Source: Sterolibacterium sp.
GTDB taxonomy: Bacteria; Pseudomonadota; Gammaproteobacteria; Burkholderiales; Rhodocyclaceae
Reading direction: 5' to 3'
NCBI GenBank assembly: GCA_041674465.1
Contig: JBAYVV010000002.1
Coordinates: forward strand, 594 to 64,593
DNA: 64,000 nt
The notes below the pieces were generated by a model. It worked only from the letters and a program-made list of their open reading frames with translations. It was not told where the DNA came from and ran no database searches. Position 1 is the first letter of the stretch, and each line of letters starts with the position of its first letter. This document shows, in pieces, positions 39,805 through 51,253 of the stretch. The position numbers were made by a program, and so were the translations under genes.

Positions 39805-42800
39805 ATGTCGAGCAACAACTCCAGCGACAGCAAGAACAGTTCTTCCAGCGAGAAACCCTCGAGCAGCAAACCCGGTCCATTGGTGATCAACTCGACTTCA
39901 GTCACCGCGGGAACAGCTCAGGAAGACACCACACTCGGCGCTTCGGGACAAATGGGCACAACCGATACCAATGTCGGCGCCACGCAGGCCTGGAACGTCA
40001 AGAGTGACGCCAAGGGCAACTACGGCAGCCTCGCCATCGACAACACCGGCAAATGGACTTACACCCTCAATAACAGTGCCACTGCGGTCCAAGGGCTCGC
40101 AGAGGGAACCTCGAAAAAAGACAGCTTCACCGTGCGCGTCACCGACAGCAAGGGTGCTTCCGCCGAGCAACTCGTTACCGTCACGGTCAGTGGAACCAAC
40201 GACGCGCCGGTGATCAGCCAGAATTCACTGACCATCGACGGCGACAGCAGCTCGGGAAAAGTCAAGGGCACGTTGCTCTACACAGATCCTGACCGGGGCG
40301 ACAAGCACACGTCCAACCTCGCTCTGAAGCCGCTGGTGGCCTCGGCTGGAGCGCCCGATCTGTCGGCGAGTCTGAGCCAGGCACTGCGCACGAGCATCAA
40401 CGACGAGGGAGAAAACGGCAAGGGCGCCCTTAAATGGGACTTCGCCCTGCCTTCCACCGCGCCGAAGCTGACTGCTGGCCAAGCCGTGCTGGCGAACTAT
40501 CAACTGAGCGTCGCCGACAATCACGGCGGCGCCTCGGCGCCGCAAGATTTGGGCCTCTTGATCGTCGGCACCGGCAGCACGCCGAAGGTGTATTCCGTCG
40601 CCGCGCAAGCCAGCCTGACGGAGGGATCTGCCGCCATCGAACAGACATCGGGCGTCATATCCGGCAAGAATCTTGGCCTGGAAGATAAAGGCTCGCTGAC
40701 CTCCGCACTGGTCATGGCCAGTTGGTCCGCCGGCAGCGCGATCCCGGCAGCGGCATCGGCGGTTCTGGCATCCGCGCTGTCAACCTCGACGGTGCCCACC
40801 AGCAAGGGTGGCGAAAGCGACAAGAACATTGCGTGGCAATTCAGTGCGGCAGACCCAACCTTCGACTTTCTGGCATCCGGCGAAACCCTGACCCTGGCCT
40901 ACAAGGTCTCCTCAGCGAAAGATCATGACGGCAAAGCCCAAGTGATCACGATCACCATCACCGGCACCAACGATGCCCCGATGATCAGCTCGAACGCGGC
41001 GGCAGCTGCGGGGGCGGCACAGGAGGACACGGTACTGAGTGCAACCGGCACACTGAGTGCAACCGACGTCGACCATGGCGCGACACAGACCTGGAGCGTC
41101 AAGGACGCTGCAACGGGCACATACGGCTCCCTGAATGTCGACTCAGCGAGCGGTCAATGGACCTATGCACTTGACAATGCTTCTGCCGCCACGCAGGCGC
41201 TTGCTGCGGGCGAGACGCACGACGAAACCTTCACTGTACGCGTCACCGATGACAAAGGTGCCACTGCCGACCAGACTGTCACCATCACCGTCACCGGCAC
41301 CAATGATGCGCCGGTCATTACTGCGAATGACGCTGCAGCCACTGGGGCAACGCAAGAAGATACGAAGCCCACAGCAACTGGCAACCTGCTCGCAAGCGAT
41401 GTCGACAATGGGGCAACTCAGGCTTGGAGCGTACTTGGCTCTGACACTGGCGCTTATGGACAGATGGCCGTGAATGCATCGACCGGCAACTGGACTTACA
41501 CGCTGAACAACGCTTCAGCCGCAGTGCAGTCTCTGGTAGCAGGCGAATCCCACAATGAAACCTTTACCGTGCGCGTCACCGATGACAAGGGCGCTTATGC
41601 CGATCAGACCGTGATCGTGTCGGTGACCGGCACCAACGACGTGGCCACGGTGAGTTCAGACAACAGGGCCTTGACCGAGACGAACTCGGCAGCGGACCTC
41701 AGCAGCCACGGCTCGCTGAACGTAAGTGATGTTGACACCGGCGAGGCGCATGTAGTGGCGCAGGCCAACACCGCCGGACACTACGGTACTTTCAACGTCG
41801 ATGCCAATGGCAACTGGAGTTACGCTGCAAGTTCTGCACACAATGAATTGGCGGCTGGTCAGCAAGTCAGCGACAGCTTCTCGGTAACCAGCCAGGACGG
41901 CACTGGAACTGGCGTGGTGAATGTGGCAATCACCGGCAGTAACGACGCGCCGGAGGCGTCGGCGATCGACGCAGTTACGAATTTCGAGGAAGTCACCGTA
42001 TCCGGCTGGGGCTTTGTGTCGACGACCGGTCTTTCTGGCGGTCTATGGCACACCGACAACCCAAGCAACATGGTTGAAATCGGTGTCGGTACCATATACG
42101 GAGCCGGCACCGCTTCACACGTTATCGAGTTGGAAGGAGACGCGGGCAGCCCTCCCAATCTGTATACGGATATCGCAGCCCGGGCGGGAACAGCTTATAC
42201 CGTGTCGTTCGACTACTCGCCGCGCCCTGGCTCTACATCTGCCATCAGCGTCTTCTGGGGCGACAATCTTATCGGCCACTTGAACGGCACTACGGGCGGT
42301 CTGCAGCACTTCAGCTATGCGATGTCCGCCCCGGCGGACGGGATCTATCGCCTGGAGTTCCGTTCAGATGACAGCAATGGTGCCGGAGGCGTGCTCGACA
42401 ACATCTCCATCCAGCACACCGGTCCCATCAGTGCTTCCCTGACCGAGAAGATCACTCCTGCAGGGAACCTCAGTGCCAGTGGCGCCATTGCATTCACCGA
42501 TGCGGATCTCAGTGATGTGCATCTGGTATCTGCTGCGCCGACGGGTGACGTGCTGGGCTCCCTGACAGCAGTCAGAAACAGCGACACCACCGGTGCCGGA
42601 ACCGGCGGCAAACTCGCGTGGAACTACACGGTGGCCGATACTGCGGTTGAATACCTGGCAGCAGGCCAAACCAGGGGCGAGAGCTTCAACGTAACCATCG
42701 ACGATCAGCACGGCGGGCAGATCACCAAGCAGATCGATGTCACCATTATCGGCACCAACGACGCGCCGGTAGCCGTTGCCGACAGCGGTTCGCAAAAAAA

Positions 42801-45363
42801 CAACGAGGTGAAGAGCTACGCCGTTCTTGCCAATGACACCGACGTCGACACCGGGGCGGTATTGAGTCTCGCAGGAGCCTCGGTCGCCGCAGGATCGGGC
42901 AGCGTGCATGTTGTCGGGGGCCAGATCCAGTTCGATCCGGGTCAGGATTTCAAGACACTCAGGCTCAACGACACCACGGTCGTGAACATCGATTACACCG
43001 TAGCCGACGATCACGGCGCGCAGGCCAGTTCGACATTGGCTGTGACGGTGATCGGAACCAACACGCCGCCGACAGCTGTTGCAGACACGCTGACCACGAA
43101 CGAAGACACGCCATTGGCGTTCAACGCCGCCGCGTTGCTGGCCAACGATACCGATCCGGATGCTGGCGATACGAAGAGCGTCGTGTCAGTTACTTCACCG
43201 ACACGCGGAACGCTGGTTGACGGCGGCAACGGTAACTATACCTACACGCCAGGACTTAACTACAACGGGCCGGATGCGTTCAGCTACACCATGAGGGACA
43301 CCGCCGGGGAGCAAAGCAGCGCCCACGTTAACCTAAACGTGAATCCGGTCAACGATGCACCCGTCGCGGTGAACGACAGCAACGCACTCACGGCCACGAC
43401 GCTGGCAAGCCAGGCACATAGCAACGTCGTCAGCTGGGTGGATTGGACCAGCAGCGCGCCAGGGACTGTTTCCGGGACTATCAATCTGGGCAATGGTCAG
43501 ACCGTTGGCGTCACTTATAGCGGCGAGTACTACTTTGCCCAGACCAATGGCGGCCCCAACTTTTACAACCTGCAAAACGGCACGGTGCCTGTCGGAACCT
43601 ACACCAGCGCGGCTGTCGCTAACGGACCCAACGGGTCGTCCGACATCATCGCGCTGAACCAGCAGACGCAGAAAACCCTGACCTTTACGCAGCCGGTTGA
43701 CAACCTGTTCTTCGCGGTCGTGAGCCTCAACGGAATGGCCGGTGGCATCAACAATGGTTATCTATTCGACCACGATTTTCAGATCGCCAGTTCCGGCCCC
43801 GGCTACTTCGGCCAGGGCGCGGCGACAAAAGTAGCCTTGCCCGACGGGAGGTTCGAACTTCTTAGCACGTACAACAACAATGCCGCGTCAAGGGAGTTGC
43901 ATGGTGTCGTGCAGATCGACGGCACGGTCCAGTCGCTCACCTGGACGAGCCTGGCGGCGGAGACCTGGAACGGTTTTACCATCGGAACCTACGGCAAGTC
44001 TCTGACCGCGACCGCGACCGGCCAAGTGCTTGCGAACGACAGCGATCTCGAGTCGGATCCTTTGACCGTCACTGCGGTGAACAACCAAGCGATCGTCGGC
44101 AATTCGATTACGCTGAACCTGACCTCCGGCGCGGAACTCACCGTGAACAAGAACGGCACCTATCTCTACGACGAGAATGGTGCGTTTGGTTCGCTGGGAC
44201 AGGGTCAGACCAAGCCGGACAATTTCACCTACACCGTCTCTGACGGCCACGGCGGCACCAACACGGCGACGGCAACGATTACGGTCACCGGAGTCAATGA
44301 TGCACCCACAATGACCTCCGCGGCAGGAAGCGGCGCCGTAACGGAAGATGTCACCTCGACCTCAAGCGGCCAGTTGAGCGCGACCGATCCTGACCAGGGC
44401 ACAACGTTAGCCTGGAGCGTGCTTAGCGCCAACGGTACAGCGGGTTCGAACACGGGTGCGTACGGCAGTCTGTTAGTAGATGGCACGGGCAAGTGGACCT
44501 ATACGCTAAACAACAGCTCGGCCGCAGTGCAGTCATTGAGTGCCACCGATCACAAGAGCGAAAGCTTTGTGGTTCAAGTCTCGGATGGTTTGGGCGGTAC
44601 AGCGACTCAGACCGTGACGGTTGCCGTCAACGGCGCCAGCGACACTTATGTGTTGTCGAATCTCGCCAACAACGGGTCGTTCGAGGGGGCCACCACCGGG
44701 TGGACTCTTACGGGAGACGGCGTCGACGTTGTTTCATCCGCTGGCTGGCAACCGGGAGATGGCACGTACAGCGTGGATCTCAACGCGTTTCATCCTGGTG
44801 GGGTACAGCAGATTCTGCAGACGACCCCGGGTGTGCAATACACAGTTGGCTTCGATCTGTCCAAGAACCCGGGGGGGCATGCGGACCACGCGACCGTCCA
44901 GGTGTCGGCGGCTGGCAATTCGCAGTCGTACACGTTCAGCGCCGGGAACTCGGCGAGCAACATGATGTGGTCGCAGCAAGCATTCACGTTCACGGCCACC
45001 GGTGCCACGACCACGTTGAACTTCGCGAGCACGTACCCTAATGATACTGTATCCGGTCAACCGTGGCAGTTCTATGCCGAAGGCCCGGCGCTCGACGAAG
45101 TCGTCGTTGTTTCGAACAAGACCATCAACAACTTCAGCAAGGGTGTGGGAGGCGACGTGCTTCAGTTGAGTGGCCTGCTGACCTCAATCGGAGCACCGCA
45201 TGACAATACCGCCTTCGGTGGCGGATTCGTTCGGTTCCAGCAGTCCGGTGCCGATACTCTTGTGCAGATCGATTCGAACGGTGGTGGCGATGCCTATATG
45301 ACGGTGGCGACACTCATCGGCCAGTCGCTCGCTCAGGCCGATACGGCGAACTACGTGCTATAG
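39805..45363 (+). CDS. Giant mosaic adhesin-like type I secretion (T1SS) substrate: VCBS repeats, cadherin/Ig-like modules, two DUF642 (choice-of-anchor C)-like modules and a VCA0849-type C-terminal T1SS target domain
   Basis: 1852 aa with no signal peptide and a Ser-rich N-terminus. Recurrent ...FTVRVTD.KGA...VTVTGTNDAPV module ends at about aa 130, 390, 500, 610, 712, 985, 1085, 1183 and 1497. ANDTD.D motifs are present. The C-terminus reads GGDVLQLSGLL...FVRFQQSGADTLVQIDSNGGGDAYMTVATLIGQ. An AAAGGA SD precedes the ATG. Confidence 0.85.
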   Translation: MSSNNSSDSKNSSSSEKPSSSKPGPLVINSTSVTAGTAQEDTTLGASGQMGTTDTNVGATQAWNVKSDAKGNYGSLAIDNTGKWTYTLNNSATAVQGLAEGTSKKDSFTVRVTDSKGASAEQLVTVTVSGTNDAPVISQNSLTIDGDSSSGKVKGTLLYTDPDRGDKHTSNLALKPLVASAGAPDLSASLSQALRTSINDEGENGKGALKWDFALPSTAPKLTAGQAVLANYQLSVADNHGGASAPQDLGLLIVGTGSTPKVYSVAAQASLTEGSAAIEQTSGVISGKNLGLEDKGSLTSALVMASWSAGSAIPAAASAVLASALSTSTVPTSKGGESDKNIAWQFSAADPTFDFLASGETLTLAYKVSSAKDHDGKAQVITITITGTNDAPMISSNAAAAAGAAQEDTVLSATGTLSATDVDHGATQTWSVKDAATGTYGSLNVDSASGQWTYALDNASAATQALAAGETHDETFTVRVTDDKGATADQTVTITVTGTNDAPVITANDAAATGATQEDTKPTATGNLLASDVDNGATQAWSVLGSDTGAYGQMAVNASTGNWTYTLNNASAAVQSLVAGESHNETFTVRVTDDKGAYADQTVIVSVTGTNDVATVSSDNRALTETNSAADLSSHGSLNVSDVDTGEAHVVAQANTAGHYGTFNVDANGNWSYAASSAHNELAAGQQVSDSFSVTSQDGTGTGVVNVAITGSNDAPEASAIDAVTNFEEVTVSGWGFVSTTGLSGGLWHTDNPSNMVEIGVGTIYGAGTASHVIELEGDAGSPPNLYTDIAARAGTAYTVSFDYSPRPGSTSAISVFWGDNLIGHLNGTTGGLQHFSYAMSAPADGIYRLEFRSDDSNGAGGVLDNISIQHTGPISASLTEKITPAGNLSASGAIAFTDADLSDVHLVSAAPTGDVLGSLTAVRNSDTTGAGTGGKLAWNYTVADTAVEYLAAGQTRGESFNVTIDDQHGGQITKQIDVTIIGTNDAPVAVADSGSQKNNEVKSYAVLANDTDVDTGAVLSLAGASVAAGSGSVHVVGGQIQFDPGQDFKTLRLNDTTVVNIDYTVADDHGAQASSTLAVTVIGTNTPPTAVADTLTTNEDTPLAFNAAALLANDTDPDAGDTKSVVSVTSPTRGTLVDGGNGNYTYTPGLNYNGPDAFSYTMRDTAGEQSSAHVNLNVNPVNDAPVAVNDSNALTATTLASQAHSNVVSWVDWTSSAPGTVSGTINLGNGQTVGVTYSGEYYFAQTNGGPNFYNLQNGTVPVGTYTSAAVANGPNGSSDIIALNQQTQKTLTFTQPVDNLFFAVVSLNGMAGGINNGYLFDHDFQIASSGPGYFGQGAATKVALPDGRFELLSTYNNNAASRELHGVVQIDGTVQSLTWTSLAAETWNGFTIGTYGKSLTATATGQVLANDSDLESDPLTVTAVNNQAIVGNSITLNLTSGAELTVNKNGTYLYDENGAFGSLGQGQTKPDNFTYTVSDGHGGTNTATATITVTGVNDAPTMTSAAGSGAVTEDVTSTSSGQLSATDPDQGTTLAWSVLSANGTAGSNTGAYGSLLVDGTGKWTYTLNNSSAAVQSLSATDHKSESFVVQVSDGLGGTATQTVTVAVNGASDTYVLSNLANNGSFEGATTGWTLTGDGVDVVSSAGWQPGDGTYSVDLNAFHPGGVQQILQTTPGVQYTVGFDLSKNPGGHADHATVQVSAAGNSQSYTFSAGNSASNMMWSQQAFTFTATGATTTLNFASTYPNDTVSGQPWQFYAEGPALDEVVVVSNKTINNFSKGVGGDVLQLSGLLTSIGAPHDNTAFGGGFVRFQQSGADTLVQIDSNGGGDAYMTVATLIGQSLAQADTANYVL
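40984..41646 (+). repeat. Two adjacent ~330-bp intragenic VCBS-module repeats, the most similar pair in the adhesin gene
   Basis: Both units encode AQEDT...TGTL.A.DVD.GATQ.WSV...G.YG...V....G.WTY.L.NASAA.Q.L.AGE.H.ETFTVRVTDDKGA.ADQTV...VTGTND. They share an exact nucleotide run, cgcgtcaccgatgacaa (about 41240 and about 41572). Confidence 0.7.
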
Positions 45364-45391
45364 CTTGTAGCGCTGCCCCCGGGTAATTACA

Positions 45392-45427
45392 TGGAGAACC
45401 GCACTATTTGCGGTTCTCCATTTTTTT
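45392..45427 (+). terminator. Rho-independent terminator of the adhesin gene
   Basis: Perfect 11-bp stem tggagaaccgc / gcggttctcca, 7-nt loop (actattt), followed by a run of 7 T residues. Begins 29 nt after the stop codon. Confidence 0.9.
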
Positions 45428-45583
45428 CGCCGTGAACTGATTCATTCGAGCACCAATTGAGGCGACCGTTCGACGCTACTCAGGCATAGCTCGATTCCAC
45501 GCTGTTGGCAGTAGTCTTTGCGGCCAGCTCCCAGATTGGGTGATGCTACAATTCCTGCTTTCGCCAGACTGCCTGAGCACGCC

Positions 45584-48205
<2,622 letters not shown>

Positions 48206-48277
48206 TTTCTGCCTGCCTGTTTGCAGATAATCCGATGTCGCAGAACAGCTGGCAGTGCCTCGCTGGCTGCACTTCGG

Positions 48278-48306
48278 TTGTAGGTCAAATAGTTTAGACC
48301 TATAAT
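48278..48306 (+). promoter_or_regulatory. Candidate sigma70 promoter (TTGTAG-17 nt-TATAAT) overlapped by a palindrome (candidate operator)
   Basis: TTGTAG at 48278-48283 and TATAAT at 48301-48306 with a 17-nt spacer. Palindrome TAGGTC-aaatagttta-GACCTA at 48281-48302. It lies 65 nt upstream of the monooxygenase ATG. Confidence 0.4.
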
Positions 48307-48370
48307 ACTTATCGTCCGCGCGATTTGCTTGCGCCCACCTGTTCCAGTTCACGTCCAAGGAGTACGCGAC

Positions 48371-49456
48371 ATGTCCGAACATCCCTTCCTCGCGCACAAC
48401 CGATTTCTGCTCGGCACCTTCTCGACCAATTGTTCGGGCGGGATGACCGTCTCCAAGCTGCCCGAGCGCTGGGTGGCGAACTGGCAGAACAACCTCAAGC
48501 TCGGCCAGATGCTCGACGAGGCCGGCATCGACTTCATGCTGCCGATCGCGCGCTGGATCGGCTACGGCGGCGACACCGACTTTCACGGCGGCGTGCTGGA
48601 AACCATCACCTGGGCCACCGCCCTGCTCGCCAGCACCAAGCGCATCACGGTGTTCGGCACCATCCATACTGCCGCCAATCACCCGGTGGTCGTGGCCAAG
48701 CAGATCGCCACCATGTCCCAGATCAGCGGCGACCGTGCCGGCCTCAACATCGTTGCCGGCTGGAACAAGCCTGAGTACGAGGCGCTCGGCCTGAAGCTGC
48801 CCGACGACCATGAAACGCGCTACGGCTATGCGCAGGAATGGTTCGACGTGATCAAAAAGCTGTGGACGCACGAAGCGCCCTTCGACTGGGACGGCAAATA
48901 TTTTCAACTGAAACATACCTACAGCAATCCGCGCCCGGCGGTGATGCCGCTGATTCTCAACGCGGCCGGCTCAGGCCTGGGACGCGAGTTCGCCAGCCGC
49001 AATGCCAACTTGCTGTTTACTCCGGCCATCGACCTGGCGCGCTCCAAGGCAGAGGTTGCCGAACTGCATGCGATGGGACAGAAGAACGACCGCAAGGTCG
49101 AGGTGATGACTTTCTCCCACGTCGTCTGCTGCCCCACCGAGGCCGAAGCCAAGGCGCGCTGGCAGCAGATCCTCGACAATGCCGACTGGGCGGCGGTAGA
49201 CAACCTGGTGAAACTCCAGTTCGCCCACGCACAATCCTTCCCGCACGATCTTCTGGCACTGATTCGCGAGCGCATGGCCGCCGGCCATGGCGGCTACCCG
49301 CTGGTCGGCACACCCGAGCAGGTGGCCGACGGCATCTGCACCCTGCACGCTACGGGCTTCCGCGGCACGACCCTGTCGTTCGTGGATTACGTCGCGGAGT
49401 TTCCTTACTTCCGCGATAACGTGTTGCCCATCCTGCACGCACGCGGCATCCGCTGA
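48371..49456 (+). CDS. Luciferase-like (LLM class) flavin-dependent monooxygenase
   Basis: About 361 aa with LLM-type features (FSTNCSGGMT, ARWIGYGG, TIHTAANHPVVVAKQIATMSQISGDRAGLNIVAGW). AAGGAG SD upstream of ATG 48371. Confidence 0.8.
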   Translation: MSEHPFLAHNRFLLGTFSTNCSGGMTVSKLPERWVANWQNNLKLGQMLDEAGIDFMLPIARWIGYGGDTDFHGGVLETITWATALLASTKRITVFGTIHTAANHPVVVAKQIATMSQISGDRAGLNIVAGWNKPEYEALGLKLPDDHETRYGYAQEWFDVIKKLWTHEAPFDWDGKYFQLKHTYSNPRPAVMPLILNAAGSGLGREFASRNANLLFTPAIDLARSKAEVAELHAMGQKNDRKVEVMTFSHVVCCPTEAEAKARWQQILDNADWAAVDNLVKLQFAHAQSFPHDLLALIRERMAAGHGGYPLVGTPEQVADGICTLHATGFRGTTLSFVDYVAEFPYFRDNVLPILHARGIR

Positions 49457-49458
49457 TC

Positions 49459-49980
49459 TTGGAGAACGTTCAGCCCGCACCTGCATCGCCAGACAACTTC
49501 CGCCTGGCGATGCGGCAGCTTGGCGGCGGGATCTGCGTGATCACCGCCGCCGATCAGGGTGTGCGCACCGGCATGACCGTGACCTCGGTGATATCGGTTG
49601 CGCTGGACCCGCCTGAACTGCTGGTGTCGATCAACCAGACGGCCTCATCCTGGCCCCTGATCCAGGCCAGCCATTGCTTCGGTGTGAATGTGTTAGCCAG
49701 CCATCAGGAGGCGGTGGCAAGACGTTTCGCGGGCCAGGACGGGGCACAGGGCGAGCAACGCTACGCCGGCGCAACCTGGTGTTGCACACCAGATGGCGTA
49801 TGGCTGCTGGATGATGCACTGGCTGCAATTGCCTGTGAGGTGGTTGCCTGCCACAGCCACAGTGGCTATGCGCTGGTGGTTGGACGGGCCAGTGGATTGC
49901 TCGTACAGTCTCCCGATGCCGGCCCCCTGCTCTACTGGCAGGGCGACTACCGGCAACTTTCTTTTCCGGTCGGAAACTAA
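49459..49980 (+). CDS. Flavin reductase family protein (partner of the LLM monooxygenase)
   Basis: 173 aa. The FRLAMRQLGGGICVITA...GMTVTSV pattern is typical of the flavin reductase-like domain. TTG start 2 nt after the upstream stop. Confidence 0.75.
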   Translation: MENVQPAPASPDNFRLAMRQLGGGICVITAADQGVRTGMTVTSVISVALDPPELLVSINQTASSWPLIQASHCFGVNVLASHQEAVARRFAGQDGAQGEQRYAGATWCCTPDGVWLLDDALAAIACEVVACHSHSGYALVVGRASGLLVQSPDAGPLLYWQGDYRQLSFPVGN

Positions 49981-49981
49981 T

Positions 49982-51235
49982 TCAACTGTTTTCCTGGCCG
50001 ATGTTGCTGGACCAGGTGAGTGCCTGGGTCAGGCAGCTGTTGATGGTCTCGACCTCGACCCCACTAAGCTGCTGACTGAGTTCCGAGCACAACTGAATGT
50101 CGTTGCCTTCGAGCGCCTCGGCCAGGCTCAGCATGGTGCCGAGGATACCGCTGCGCGACTCGAGCGCATCGTGCACGTCGCCGCTGAAATTGACACTGCG
50201 CAGGATCTCCTCCATCGGCGTACCCATCAAGGCCGGCATCAGCGACATGATGCCGCTCATGAAGGCGTGGTCCTCCAGGCTGTGGTCGCCGGGGTACAGC
50301 TTGGCAGCCAGCAGTTCCAGGAGTCGACCGCGTGTCGCAGCCAGCTGCATCAGCGGACTGGTGACACCCTGCTGCCCGCCGGCGGGATTGGTGTAGAGAA
50401 GGATCTGCAGCCAGCGCTGCAACTGGCGGCGTCCTAGCACGGTGATGGCATGGCGCATCGAGGTGACCTTGGTACGCGCTCCCGTGGCTACCGAGTTGGT
50501 CAGTTTCATGAGGTTCATGGTCAGCCCGGGCTCGTGCTTGAGTACTTTCTCCAACTGCTGCACCTCGGCATCGGCGAGCACCATGCCGAGCAATTGCATC
50601 AGGGCCAGTTGCGACAGGTTGAGTTTCTTGCCGGCGATGATGGCCGGCTTGGCGAAGTAATAGCCCTGGAACAGTGCGTAGTCGAGGTCGTGGCAGAACT
50701 TGGCCTGCTCCGGCGAGTCGACTTTCTCGGCGAGCAGCATGAGCGGCCACTGCTTGAGCGCCTTGGTCGCCTCCACCAGTTCGGACTGGCTCAGCGGCAT
50801 GATGTCGACCTTGACGATCTCGACGAGGTCGAGCAGGGGCTTGAACTTGTCTTCGAACTTGACGAAGTCGTCGAGCGCAATCGTGAAGCCGCGCGACTTG
50901 AGTTCGGTGCAGCGCTCAACGATCTGCGGTGTGACCTCAACCGTCTCCAGCACTTCGAGCACGATCTTGTCCGAGGGCAAGGCCTCCAGCATGTCGGAGA
51001 GGAGCAGGTTTTCGTCGCAGTTGATAAAGCCCTTGTACGGACCAAGCGCAGCCTCGATGCCGAGGTCGGCGAAGGCGTGCATGATGACGTTGGCCGTCGC
51101 GGCGAGGTTGTCGAATACCTCGGCGGAATTCTTCTGTTTGCTGCTTCTGAACAGCAACTCGTAAGCGAACAACTGCTGCTGTCGATCCAGGATCGGCTGG
51201 CGGCCGATGAAGATCTCTTCACTGGTGTCGTTCAT
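49982..51235 (-). CDS. EAL (ELL variant) plus HDOD domain signalling protein (YuxH-like)
   Basis: 417 aa. N-terminal EAL-like fold with FAYELLFR and ALDDF. C-terminal HDOD region (ITVLGRRQLQRWL, LMSGIMSLM). Confidence 0.8.
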   Translation of the reverse strand: MNDTSEEIFIGRQPILDRQQQLFAYELLFRSSKQKNSAEVFDNLAATANVIMHAFADLGIEAALGPYKGFINCDENLLLSDMLEALPSDKIVLEVLETVEVTPQIVERCTELKSRGFTIALDDFVKFEDKFKPLLDLVEIVKVDIMPLSQSELVEATKALKQWPLMLLAEKVDSPEQAKFCHDLDYALFQGYYFAKPAIIAGKKLNLSQLALMQLLGMVLADAEVQQLEKVLKHEPGLTMNLMKLTNSVATGARTKVTSMRHAITVLGRRQLQRWLQILLYTNPAGGQQGVTSPLMQLAATRGRLLELLAAKLYPGDHSLEDHAFMSGIMSLMPALMGTPMEEILRSVNFSGDVHDALESRSGILGTMLSLAEALEGNDIQLCSELSQQLSGVEVETINSCLTQALTWSSNIGQENS

Positions 51236-51253
51236 GATCAGAAGCCGCTTTGA

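Noticed and set aside
39805-40200. A LapA-like N-terminal retention module and LapG cleavage site in the adhesin.
   Set aside because: The first ~130 aa are a Ser-rich tract followed directly by a VCBS module. I saw no (T/A/P)AA(G/V) site in the expected N-terminal position and no lapG/lapD genes in the window, so I make no Lap-type claim.
43850-43857. A GGTTCGAA string resembling a tRNA T-loop, plus a general scan for tRNA, rRNA and CRISPR signatures.
   Set aside because: The string lies inside the adhesin CDS with no flanking acceptor or anticodon stems. I saw no regularly spaced 25-40 bp direct repeats and no rRNA-like segments anywhere in the window.
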